From contig CP070761.1 in assembly GCA_020348985.1 (NCBI GenBank), positions 497,850 to 561,849 of the forward strand: DNA of 64,000 nt, written 5' to 3'. The stretch comes from Candidatus Thorarchaeota archaeon (lineage in GTDB: Archaea > Asgardarchaeota > Thorarchaeia > Thorarchaeales > Thorarchaeaceae). A model generated the notes under the pieces. It saw only the letters and a list, made by a program, of their open reading frames with translations. It did not search any database and was not told where the DNA came from. Positions 1-9,900 of the stretch are shown piece after piece. Both the position numbers and the translations under genes were made by a program. How positions within the stretch are numbered: the stretch's first letter is position 1; each line of letters begins with the position of its first letter.

Positions 1-414
1 GATGCTCCTGCTGAAGCGAGAATGGATCTTTTCGCCAAGGCAACAATTGATGCTCTTTCCAGAGCTACAGTCGATGCTCCTTCTAGAGCAACTGTTGATG
101 CTCCTGCTTGGGCAACCGTTGATGCATTTTCCAAAGCAACAGTCGATGCTCCTGCTGAAGCGAGAATGGATCTTTTCGCCAAGGCAACAATTGATGCTCT
201 TTCCAGAGCTACAGTCGATGCTCCTTCTAGAGCAACCGTTGATGCTCCAGCCAGGATAACTGTTGATGCTCCTTCTAGAGCTACAGTCGATGCTCTTTCC
301 AGAGCAACCGTTGATGCTCCTGCTGAAGCGAGAATGGATCTTTTCGCCAAGGCAACTGTTGATGCTCTTTCTAGAGCTACAGTTGATGCTCCTGCTGAAG
401 CGAGAATGGACTTG
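1..414 (+). repeat. 24-bp tandem repeat, about 17 units, with higher-order structure
   Basis: GATGCTCCTGCTGAAGCGAGAATGGA recurs at 1, 145, 313 and 385 (spacings 144, 168, 72 = 6, 7, 3 x 24 bp), with variant 24-mers in between. Confidence 0.95.
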
Positions 415-696
415 TCTTCTTCCAGAGCAAGAAAAGACTCCGCTCACCTGGAGGCTAGGTTGGATAATTCAGCTATGACTCATACAATCGAAAAATCCCA
501 GTCACTGGTTGAAGCTGATAATTGCGCCAAGAGTGAACTTTGCGGATTCATCAATTACCAGCTGGACCGATGCATCAAGTGGCAACTTCATCGGTCCTTT
601 TGGTGGAGACTGGATGCTGCAGGTCGTTCATATCGCATTCACCACTTCGCCCAGGGATACGGGATTCAGATCGACAGCATAATTGAGATAGCATGA
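1..696 (+). CDS. Tandem-repeat protein (8-aa DAPSRATV-type units), 5' end outside the window
   Basis: Frame 1 is open from base 1 (GAT GCT CCT...) to TGA 694-696. Repeat copies differ mostly at third codon positions in this frame; frame 2 is broken by stops. Confidence 0.7.
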   Translation, partial: DAPAEARMDLFAKATIDALSRATVDAPSRATVDAPAWATVDAFSKATVDAPAEARMDLFAKATIDALSRATVDAPSRATVDAPARITVDAPSRATVDALSRATVDAPAEARMDLFAKATVDALSRATVDAPAEARMDLSSSRARKDSAHLEARLDNSAMTHTIEKSQSLVEADNCAKSELCGFINYQLDRCIKWQLHRSFWWRLDAAGRSYRIHHFAQGYGIQIDSIIEIA

Positions 697-728
697 GACT
701 CGGACTGAGTCTAACATCTCAAATCAGA

Positions 729-774
729 AAGGGAGGTGGGGCGACCCATCCTCCCCTTGCTACTTTTTTCTTTT
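729..774 (+). terminator. GC-rich hairpin plus T-tract, putative terminator
   Basis: GGGAGGTGGG-GCGA-CCCATCCTCCC (731-755) followed by CTTTTTTCTTTT, about 35 nt after the stop at 696. Confidence 0.7.
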
Positions 775-953
775 AAACTAGCCAACAGACAACCCCTGTA
801 TCGATACGGGAGTCTCAAGCGCTTCCGCAAGTGGTCTATGTAGGAACTTGATCCCAACATTTTGAGAGATCTAGGTCACCCATTTTAGGCAATGGAGTGC
901 TCCTTTGAATCTCCATGTCTCTATCAGAAACCTCACCTTCAGACTCAGAGTAG

Positions 954-1598
954 CTACTCGGTCTCAATTGATAGCGATGTCTCACTCTGAAGGAAAACCA
1001 ACTTCTGTGTATTGAATGCCAGGAATCCAACGAAGAGAAGTGCTCCGAACACCGTATACCACTCAAGCAGTGGTCCGCTTGTGGTGAATGCAAACACGAG
1101 ACTTGATAGATCAACTACTAGTCCATAAAGCGGTACAGGCCTCAGAATTCCGTGATGGAACAGCAGTGCAATGTTCACCAAGAGAAGAACTACAAAATTG
1201 AGCAGAAAGAACGTACTTGATGCCTGCATATGAGGGCTCCCCTGATCTTCAGAATAGACGCCTATCATGATCAGAGCAATCGCAGAAAGCACCCCAAAGA
1301 CCAAACCTATTCGCAACACTGCCGACGCAATTCTGTAGTCTGAGTGCAACCAGTAGAGGCTTACGAAGAAAGGGACTAGGACTAATCCAGTGAAGATGCA
1401 ACCTAGATTGTAGAATATGGCTCCAGACGGATTGTAGTCGAAGTTTCCAAGTCGACTCAGATAGTTAGATTGCGGTGAATATGGATAGGGGTAGTACACC
1501 CACGAGACTAGGGTAAATAGACAGTAGACTAGTATCACAAGGGCACCGCTGACACTTGTTAGCGACCACTTACCCAGTCTCTTCACCATGAAATGCAC
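954..1598 (-). CDS. DUF998-like integral membrane protein
   Basis: Five to six hydrophobic helices; NYLSRLG, YNLGCI and GVYSED...H motifs. Confidence 0.7.
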   Translation of the reverse strand: MHFMVKRLGKWSLTSVSGALVILVYCLFTLVSWVYYPYPYSPQSNYLSRLGNFDYNPSGAIFYNLGCIFTGLVLVPFFVSLYWLHSDYRIASAVLRIGLVFGVLSAIALIMIGVYSEDQGSPHMQASSTFFLLNFVVLLLVNIALLFHHGILRPVPLYGLVVDLSSLVFAFTTSGPLLEWYTVFGALLFVGFLAFNTQKLVFLQSETSLSIETE

Positions 1599-1710
1599 AC
1601 TCGGGCTCCTATATTACAGAACCTCCTCTTAAAGACAGGTAAATGGGTCAACTTGCCCTGATTCGTTTAAGTTAAGTATCAGTAGTCCGTCGGTTGTAGA
1701 GTGATTCCTC

Positions 1711-3147
1711 ATGAGAACCGGAGACGAGTATAAAGAAGCGCTTGTTAAGATGAAGCCGAATGTAATCATCGGCGGCGAGAACGTAGGAAGAGACGATGAA
1801 CGCCTTCAAGGAGTGATAAAGACAATCTCAATGACTTTTGACAGGGCAGATGATCCTGAGTTCAGGGACTTGCTCAGTGCTCAATCAGACATTGTGAACA
1901 AGGAAGTGAATCGATTCACACACATTCATCAAAGTGTCGAAGATCTTCTGGCGAAACAAGAAGTGACACGGAAGCTCTGTCAGCAGAGTGCAGGCTGCAT
2001 ATTCCGCTGTATGGGCATAGATGCTATGAATGCCCTTTCAATCATAACTCACCGAACTGAATCAATGACTGGGCGTCCGTACCACCAGAGATTCTTGGAG
2101 TACCTGAAGTTTTGGCAAGAGAACAACATTGTCGGTACATGTGCACAGACAGACCCAAAGGGAAACCGAGCACTGAGGCCTCACCAGCAAGCAGACCCTG
2201 ATCTCTATCTTCGAGTTGTCGAACACAGAGATGATGGAATCGTCGTTAGAGGTGCGAAGAATCACATCACGGCTGCAGCAGTTGCCGAAGAAATCATCAT
2301 AGTGCCAACTCGCTTTCTAACGCCTGAGGAAGACCAGTATGCCGTAGCTTTTGCAGTTCCCGGTGATTGGGAGGGAGTTAAGCTTGTAACTCGTGCCTCC
2401 AACTTCACCCGCCAACATTTCGAGTGTGCGATTGGAGATGTCGGCGACGTAGAGAACTTCATAATCTTCGATGATGTATTCGTTCCAAACGACCGGATCT
2501 TTCTGGGTGGACTTGAAGGAGAACATGTCTTTGGCGGATGGGCCGCTACTCTGTTTGCTCTCTATCACAGACACAGCTATACGGGCTGCAAACCTGCAAC
2601 TACTGACCTCATGACTGGACTGTGTGCTCTAGTGAGTGAGTATAATGGCATTGAAGATAAGAAGCATGTTCAGTCGAAACTTGCTGAATTGATCAGTGTG
2701 AGTGAGCTAGTATACGGTACAGGTATTGCAGCAGCCTACAAGGCAACGAAAGATGATTCTGGAACAATGATTCCTGACCCAATCTTCTGCAATGTGGCTC
2801 GAAGACATGCTGGAAAGAACTACTACCACGAGTTAGAGACCCTCGCAGACCTGTCAGGCGGGCTGCCTGCGACCTTGCCTCTAGAAGCGGACTTCTTTGG
2901 TGAGGAAGTAGGCCATTTGCTTCAGAAGTATATCAAGCGGAAAGAGGATGTCGACGCGACTGACATTTACAAGCTCTTCCGAGGGATTTCAGACTTCCTT
3001 TGTTCCTCTATCGGAGGAATCATGGCAGTTGCAGGAGTCCATGGAGGAGGAAGCCCCCAAATGGAAGATATCGCCATTCTGAAGCAATATGACGTGGATA
3101 CAAGGAAGGCGATGGCCAAGAGATTGGCAGGGATTTCAGACAGCTGA
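1711..3147 (+). CDS. 4-hydroxybutyryl-CoA dehydratase-like flavo-FeS protein (AbfD/HpaB superfamily)
   Basis: CIFRCMGID, AQTDPKGNR, GIVVRGAKNH, FDDVFVP, HRHSYTGCK (3 Cys + His cluster ligands) and HGGGSP. Confidence 0.85.
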   Translation: MRTGDEYKEALVKMKPNVIIGGENVGRDDERLQGVIKTISMTFDRADDPEFRDLLSAQSDIVNKEVNRFTHIHQSVEDLLAKQEVTRKLCQQSAGCIFRCMGIDAMNALSIITHRTESMTGRPYHQRFLEYLKFWQENNIVGTCAQTDPKGNRALRPHQQADPDLYLRVVEHRDDGIVVRGAKNHITAAAVAEEIIIVPTRFLTPEEDQYAVAFAVPGDWEGVKLVTRASNFTRQHFECAIGDVGDVENFIIFDDVFVPNDRIFLGGLEGEHVFGGWAATLFALYHRHSYTGCKPATTDLMTGLCALVSEYNGIEDKKHVQSKLAELISVSELVYGTGIAAAYKATKDDSGTMIPDPIFCNVARRHAGKNYYHELETLADLSGGLPATLPLEADFFGEEVGHLLQKYIKRKEDVDATDIYKLFRGISDFLCSSIGGIMAVAGVHGGGSPQMEDIAILKQYDVDTRKAMAKRLAGISDS

Positions 3148-3243
3148 TACATTCTCTGGAAATGCTTTAAGAAGAGCAAGAGGTCTTGACTATGAGCATT
3201 CTCTCCTCGCATCAGAGAATGCTTGAGGAAGAAGGTAGGCTCG

Positions 3244-5931
3244 ATGAAGAAGACCCGTGAACAGCTTTCACAGGCACGCAAGCTGTTTGAAAACGGGGAA
3301 TATCATGGATCTCTCGAGCTAATAGAGTCCATGAAAGGAGGGGCTGAGCTCTCTTCTGAGGAGCTTTGCTCATTCGCCCTCTTGGAATGTCAGGTCTATG
3401 CGAAGCTTGGAGAGTTGCCGAAGATTCTTGCTATATCAGAAGAGATGATACCGACTCTTCCTGACGTAGAAGATGTTCTTCTTAGAGTGGACATTCTGGT
3501 CGAACGAGCACAGGCCTCGTGGCGATCGGGAAAGTATGATGTGGGAATCGCGGCAGTAGAAATGGCCGAGGAGTTCATTTCCACGAGAATGGAAAAAGAG
3601 GCCACAGAGGAGTCAGAAGACACAAGCAGAAGAAGACTCACCTTACTCCGTCACAAAGGAATTCTCTATTGGTACCAGGGGAAGCTCGACCGGGCTATAG
3701 AATGCCATGAGAAGAGTATGGAGATTGCAGAGAAACTCACTGATACAGAAGGCATAGCAAGCGCGTTGAATAACTTAGGCCTAGTTCACTGGTCAAAAGG
3801 CAACTTGCAGAAAGCTATCGAATTATACAGGCAGGGCTTGGCGATTAGGGAGGAATTAGGAGGCAAGCCAGAGATTGCAATCCTGCTCAACAATCTTGGA
3901 AACGTTCACACTCTGACAGGAGATCTCGACAAAGCTCTTGACTATCATCAACAGGCTCTCGAAATAAGATCCTATTTGGGCAATGATCAAGATATTGTTA
4001 CGACACTCATCAATATCGGATCAATCTATCAGATGAAAGGTCTGCTTGACAAGGCGAGAAGCAATTACGAACGGAGTCTGGAGATTAGCAAAGAACGTGG
4101 GTTCAGGTCAAACGAAGCCCTTGCACTTAACAATCTAGGGAGTATCTACTCGCTCACTGGAGAGTTAGAGCTTGCTCTCGACTGCCTCACTGAGAGCTTG
4201 AAAATCAATGAAGAACTTGGCAACAGACAGGAAATAGCATTAGCACTCATCAATCTAGGTGCAATTCATCAAAGGTCGGGAGACTCTGAGATTGCTCTTG
4301 AGGAGTACAAGCGGGGGCTCATGATATATGAAGAGGTCGGGAATGAGCACTACATCGCGATAACGCTGTACTACCAATTGTCGCTGGCACTGGAACTCGA
4401 AGACCAGACGCGCTCGAAGTATTGTTTAGAGAGACTCAAAGACATCAATGAGCGGACAGAGAACCGTGTAATTGACCAGCGATATCGCGTAGCCAGAGCA
4501 ATGTCTCTGAAAGCAAGTAAGCGTGTCAGGGACAAAATGAAGGCTCAGGAGATTTTCGAAGAAGTAGTCGATGAAGAGGTTGCGGATCACACACTGACAG
4601 TGACAGCAATGATTCACTTGTGTGACTTGCTACTTGTCGAATTGAAGATTTCCGAAGAGGAGGCAGTAATCAGTAGAATAATGGACCTAACCGGACGGCT
4701 TCACGAAATCGCCAAGCAACAGTCATCACATTCTCTTTTGGTCGAAACTTACTTGCTACAAGCCAAGCTTGCGATGATAGAACTTGACTTGGACAGAGCA
4801 AGGATCATTCTGGCGCAGGCCCATATTGCGGCAGAAGAAAGAGGTCTTCGTTCGTTGAGTCTCAAAGTTGCTCACGAACGTGAACTGCTACAATCCCAGC
4901 TGAGCAAATGGGAGACTCTCGTTGAGCAGAATCCGTCAACGAAAGACATGATTGGCATGACTAGGTTGGACAATCTCCTTGAACGAATGGTTCGCAAGAC
5001 CGTTGCAGTGCTAACTGACGAAGAGAAGAAAACAGCAGTCAAAGAGATACGCGGACGCGATTACAGTCTGGAACACTTTGATCATCTGGAGCAGTCTCAG
5101 GGATCCGAGAAGAGCGAGTTCCGTGTGGGAGTCGCACAGATAGGAGTGTCACAAAATGGCGACATTCTTGGTGAGAACTATGATGAAAGAGCGCCTGGTC
5201 TCTTCGGTATTCGTGAAGATCAGGCACAACTTCTGTGGAGCAAAGCATTGGCGATGATAAAGAAGGCCCACCAGGAGGGTGTCAACATCCTACTCTTCCC
5301 CGAGTTGACAATTGACCTCAACTACAGTCAATTCCTCGAAGAGATAGTCGAACTTGCGAAGGTCAATCAAATGTATATCATCCCGGGCTCTTTTCATGAT
5401 TCAGAACAGAAACGCAATGTGAGTGTGGTTGTTGGCCCTGACGGTGTCGTTTGGGAACAGGAGAAACACATACCTGCAATGATTCACTTCGAAGGGAGGA
5501 GAATAAAGGAAGGCATTCTAACGTCTGATACTCCGAGGAAAACAATTGTCTGCGACACGGAATACGGGAGGATTGCCATTGCAATCTGCAGAGACTTCCT
5601 TGACATGGACCTCAGAGTGGAACTCAAGAACTTTGAACCACCTGTAGACCTGATACTCAATCCAGCATTCACTCCCGTCACAGCAGACTTTGAAGCAGTG
5701 CATTTTGATGCACGAAGGTCAATCTACGCCTATTGTTTCTTCGCGAACGTAGCAGAGTTTGGCGATTCCCGCATTTACACTCCTGAGAAGGAAAGAGCAG
5801 AGCTGAGAATCCCTACAAAAGAAGAAGGTCTAATCTTCAAGGATGTCGATCTCTTTCGTCTTCGATCTGAACGCAAGAAATGGGAAATTGAGCAAAAGAA
5901 GCATAGATTGTTTATTCAGAGTACACGATAA
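3244..5931 (+). CDS. TPR-repeat protein with C-terminal carbon-nitrogen hydrolase (nitrilase-superfamily) domain
   Basis: About 8 TPRs (ALNNLG...G...A..Y...L.I...G), then VGVAQI, FPEL (Glu), QEKH (Lys) and AICRD (Cys). ATG 3244 preferred over TTG 3223. Confidence 0.85.
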   Translation: MKKTREQLSQARKLFENGEYHGSLELIESMKGGAELSSEELCSFALLECQVYAKLGELPKILAISEEMIPTLPDVEDVLLRVDILVERAQASWRSGKYDVGIAAVEMAEEFISTRMEKEATEESEDTSRRRLTLLRHKGILYWYQGKLDRAIECHEKSMEIAEKLTDTEGIASALNNLGLVHWSKGNLQKAIELYRQGLAIREELGGKPEIAILLNNLGNVHTLTGDLDKALDYHQQALEIRSYLGNDQDIVTTLINIGSIYQMKGLLDKARSNYERSLEISKERGFRSNEALALNNLGSIYSLTGELELALDCLTESLKINEELGNRQEIALALINLGAIHQRSGDSEIALEEYKRGLMIYEEVGNEHYIAITLYYQLSLALELEDQTRSKYCLERLKDINERTENRVIDQRYRVARAMSLKASKRVRDKMKAQEIFEEVVDEEVADHTLTVTAMIHLCDLLLVELKISEEEAVISRIMDLTGRLHEIAKQQSSHSLLVETYLLQAKLAMIELDLDRARIILAQAHIAAEERGLRSLSLKVAHERELLQSQLSKWETLVEQNPSTKDMIGMTRLDNLLERMVRKTVAVLTDEEKKTAVKEIRGRDYSLEHFDHLEQSQGSEKSEFRVGVAQIGVSQNGDILGENYDERAPGLFGIREDQAQLLWSKALAMIKKAHQEGVNILLFPELTIDLNYSQFLEEIVELAKVNQMYIIPGSFHDSEQKRNVSVVVGPDGVVWEQEKHIPAMIHFEGRRIKEGILTSDTPRKTIVCDTEYGRIAIAICRDFLDMDLRVELKNFEPPVDLILNPAFTPVTADFEAVHFDARRSIYAYCFFANVAEFGDSRIYTPEKERAELRIPTKEEGLIFKDVDLFRLRSERKKWEIEQKKHRLFIQSTR

Positions 5932-6073
5932 GAAAGGACGGCTCACTCTCTAGGATGACAGTATGCCTGAGCACTTGTCTTCGACAAGAAAAATGAAGCT
6001 GACGAACGACCCGATTGGGTGTTCGTCTTATGTTGTATGTTTTATTGATTGGGAGTATCTAGAGATTCTAGTA

Positions 6074-6613
6074 CTACCAGCTTCTTCTGCGCTGTCCGCC
6101 GCCGCCACGACGATCTCTGCCGCCATAGCTTTGTCTACGGTTGCCGCCGTCATAGCCGCCGCCACCGTATGAACGTCCACCGCCACCATAACCACCGCCG
6201 CTACCACCACCGTAGTCTCTGCGGGGTCGACGATGATCCTCGTGTTCTTCAGCAGACATGTCGACTTCGGAATTCACTTCCTCGATAGCCTCTTCTGCCT
6301 CTGATAGTTCACCGTATCGTCCTATGTTTAGACGCAAGTTGCTTCTAAACAGTCCAGTGTATCCGTTCTTCAACTGGTATGTTGAGTCAACTGTAACTGA
6401 TTCAATTGTTTCATTCCAGAGGGGAACCTGAACGGTCCCAGTTGAGTCGCCAACAACAGCGTCAGCAACTCGATTTGTTTCTCCATCGCGGCGTGATGTT
6501 ACTTCACGCTCTTCACCTATAGCCACTACCTTGAATGCGATAGTGACATTCTTCATTCCGGGCCGAAGCTCGGCCACGGTAGCCTCAACAGGCTCTGTAT
6601 CACCGTAACTCAT
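6074..6613 (-). CDS. ssb: Single OB-fold single-stranded DNA-binding protein with Gly/Arg/Tyr-rich tail
   Basis: VAELRPGMKNV, VADAVVGDSTGTV..PLW, NGYT..F...LRLNIGRYG match crenarchaeal-type SSB; ATG at 6613. Confidence 0.85.
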   Translation of the reverse strand: MSYGDTEPVEATVAELRPGMKNVTIAFKVVAIGEEREVTSRRDGETNRVADAVVGDSTGTVQVPLWNETIESVTVDSTYQLKNGYTGLFRSNLRLNIGRYGELSEAEEAIEEVNSEVDMSAEEHEDHRRPRRDYGGGSGGGYGGGGRSYGGGGYDGGNRRQSYGGRDRRGGGGQRRRSW

Positions 6614-6936
6614 TATGTTTTCACTCGCTTGTTGCGAATAGCAGTCTTCCAAAATCAGCGTGTTCCGTTGTGGACATATGATGTGGGATTATTCCCACTC
6701 TGAACCCTTTCAGAAAATGCGAATCTTGCGTGTTTTCTGCGTGTTCTCTCGGCTAGAGTTCCCTTAAGACATTATGCATTGGGAGCAGAAGCAAAACAGG
6801 GACTGAAAGGGATGCAACAGCGTGCCCTTGCGGGGTGTGTCAGATTCAGCTTGTTGACTTTCGTCCGTGCACTCAGATGGATATTGCTTGTTCCGAACAT
6901 TCCCAAACATGGGTAAAGCGAATCTTGTCCAGCCAC

Positions 6937-9900
6937 TCAAAGCTTCTGCTCCCACAGGCTTCCAGCAGCCGCTCGGATCATTGGTATGATCTGTCCACTT
7001 CGAAAATGACGCATCGAGATGCTGTGAGTAGGACACGAAGCCGCACACGTCCCACAACCCTGACATAGCTCCTTGACAATGACGATCCCATCCTCACTCA
7101 TAGAGGGTGCACCATAAGGACAGATCTCAGTACAAAGCTCGCAGGAAAGGCAAGTCTCAGCATCTGACTCTGCATAGATAGGTTCGATTTCATACGTACC
7201 GGGAGCCATTATTGTCTGAGCTTTTGCGGCCGCAGCCTCACCCATTGCCACCGCCTTTGCTATGTCCATCGGACCGAGACAAGCGCCCGCCAAGAACACA
7301 CCATCCTTGAACGATTCAACTGGCCTCAGTTTTGGATGTGCACACAGGAAGTAGCCATATTGGTCAGTATTGATCCCAAACATCCTAGCCATGTCAGGTG
7401 TGTCAGGATGGGGATGTAAAGCTGTTGCCAGTACAGCCATGTCGAAACTTAGGCTCAGATTCGCACCTGTGTAAAGATCTTCTGCGAAGATTTGCAGGTT
7501 ACTTGTCGGAAAGTCTTCTTCGACTTCGGATGCTCTTCCTTTGACAATAACGACCCCCATCTCTCTGGCTCGTCGATACAGGTCCTCATAGCCCGTACCA
7601 TGAGTCCGCACATCCATCGCAAAGACAGTCACTTCAGTTTCTGGATACTTCTCCTTGACCTGTGTGGCCTGTTTTAGAGAGTTCTCGCATCCCACGTAGC
7701 AGCAGTAGTCGGAGTTATATCGCATGTCTCTGGAGCCAACGCATTGCAGGAAAGCTATAGACTTTGGAGTTGCTCCGTCTGAAGGTCTCTTAATCTTGCC
7801 TTTTGTTGGTCCTGCAGCATTAGTCAGCCTCTCCAGTTGGGCGTTCGTAATTACATTGGGAAATAGACTGTAGCCATATTCTCGAGTTTCCAAGGGTTCG
7901 TAAGAGTCAAACCCGGTGGCAAGGATTATGGTCCCAACATCGATTTCAACAATCTCATCTTGCATATCGTGGTCAATGGCTTTTGGCTCGCAGACATCAA
8001 CACACAGCTTGCACTCACTGCAGACGGAGCAGCCCAGGCACCGTCCTGCCTCTGATATTGCAGCTATGTCTTTGAAACCTAGCTCAACTTCTTCGAATGT
8101 ACTCTTTCTCTTTCGTTTCGCAAGAGTTGGCATGGCTGCACGAGGCCCAAGTCGTAGTCGCGAGTCATCTATCTCCGGGTCAGTTACTGGTCTAAGCTCT
8201 CTCGGACGGCCCTCGAACAGATCAACTCCCCGCAAGTGTCTATCGATTGATTCGGCAGCTTCCTTGCCTGCCGCAACAGCCTCGACAACACTTGCTGGTC
8301 CAGATACGATGTCTCCTCCGGCAAAGACACCGCGGGTACTAGTTTCCATCGAAACCTCATGAACTCTTATTGTCCCCCATGGAGTCGTGGCAAGTTCTTC
8401 AAAACCTTCGAGGTCGGCTCGTTGACCAATTGCGATTATTACAGTGTCTCCACGTAGTGTTGGCCCACTCTCAATCGAGAACTCAGGTGCGAAGGTTCCG
8501 TCCAGCTTGTACACTGATGTGCACACAGTTGTCTCAAGAGCTGAAGCAAATCCCCCACGATCAACAATCTTCTCCGGCCCCAATGATCCATGGATTTTGA
8601 CACCTTCTTCTTCAGCTTCTTCGATTTCCCAATCATGTGCCGGCATCCTGTCTTTTGACTTGAGGTCCCTGGTCTCAAGACATACAAGATTGACCTTCTT
8701 TGCTCCCAGTCGTATAGCTGTTCTGGCGCAGTCTATTGCAACATTCCCGCCCCCAATCACAATGACCTTCTCACCAAATTCCTTGGGCACCTTTCCTGCT
8801 CGAATACTTTTGAGAAATGGCAGACCGTAAAGAACGCCTTTGAGGTCAGAACCTTCAACTCTCAGTGTTGCAGGATTCTGAACTCCAATTCCGAGATAGA
8901 CTGCCTTGAAGTTCTTTTTCAGCTCTTTCAATGTCAAGTCTTTGCCAATCTTGGTGTTGTACTGAATATCAATGCCATGGGCAAGAACCCAGCCGATATC
9001 GTAACTGGCCACTTCTTCCGAAATCCGATACTCGGGAAGACAGTTTATCATCAGTCCTCCAGCTTCTCCCGAAGCTTCAAACACGGTGACAGGATAGCCC
9101 TTCTTCAACAGCTCAAGTGCACAAGTCAGACCTGATGGACCTGCGCCGACAACCGCTATCTTCTTCTTTTGCACGGGACTAATTGGCTCAGGACGTTCTT
9201 CACCTTCTGCCACTTGGTCGGCCACAAATCTCCTCAACTGTCTAATTGCAACTGCCTCATCTTGGTCGCCTCTGAGACAATCGCTCTCACATGGATGATG
9301 ACAGACACGACCGAGAATTCTTGGGAAAGGACCAGCATCACGTATGATATCGAGGGCCTCAATGAACTTCTGTTCTCTAAGCAATGCCACAAATCCGTGG
9401 TTGTTTACGTGAATCGGGCAGGCGATTCTGCAAGGAGAATACCCCAACTTCTCAATTGTATACGTGTTGGGTACTGCCTGAGGGAAGGGTCTGTAGATTG
9501 CTTTGCGTGCCGCCATCTTGAATTCGTAGGGGTTGGTGACATCCATCGGGCACACTGATTCGCACTCTGCACAGCTGTTGCATTTCTCGGAATCGATGAA
9601 TCGTGCCTTTTTCCTAACTGTGAGCTTGAAGTTCCCAACATACCCATCCACGTCCTCAACTTCACTATAGGTCAATAAGTTGATTTTCGGATGTTGTTCG
9701 ACTGAAGCCATTATGGGACCCAAGATACAGATTGCACAGTCATTCTGGGGGAACACCTTGTCAAGAAGTGCCATCTGACCTCCAATCGTTGGTCTACGTT
9801 CAATGAGATGGACCCTGTATCCGCCGTTTGCAGCATCCAATGCCGCAGAAATTCCAGCCACACCCGCACCGATAACTGCAACTTCAGGGATTACCAGAAT

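Noticed and set aside
1-414. CRISPR array
   Set aside because: Units are contiguous 24-mers with no unique spacers, variation is codon-synonymous, and no cas genes are present.
479-682. Alternative frame-2 peptide (…FGGDWMLQVVHIAFTTSPRDTGFRSTA) as the true C-terminus of the repeat protein
   Set aside because: Frame 1 is uninterrupted and no frameshift signal is visible; cannot be decided without homologs.
729-765. Group II intron domain VI look-alike
   Set aside because: No domain V and no reverse transcriptase gene; the following T-tract fits a terminator.
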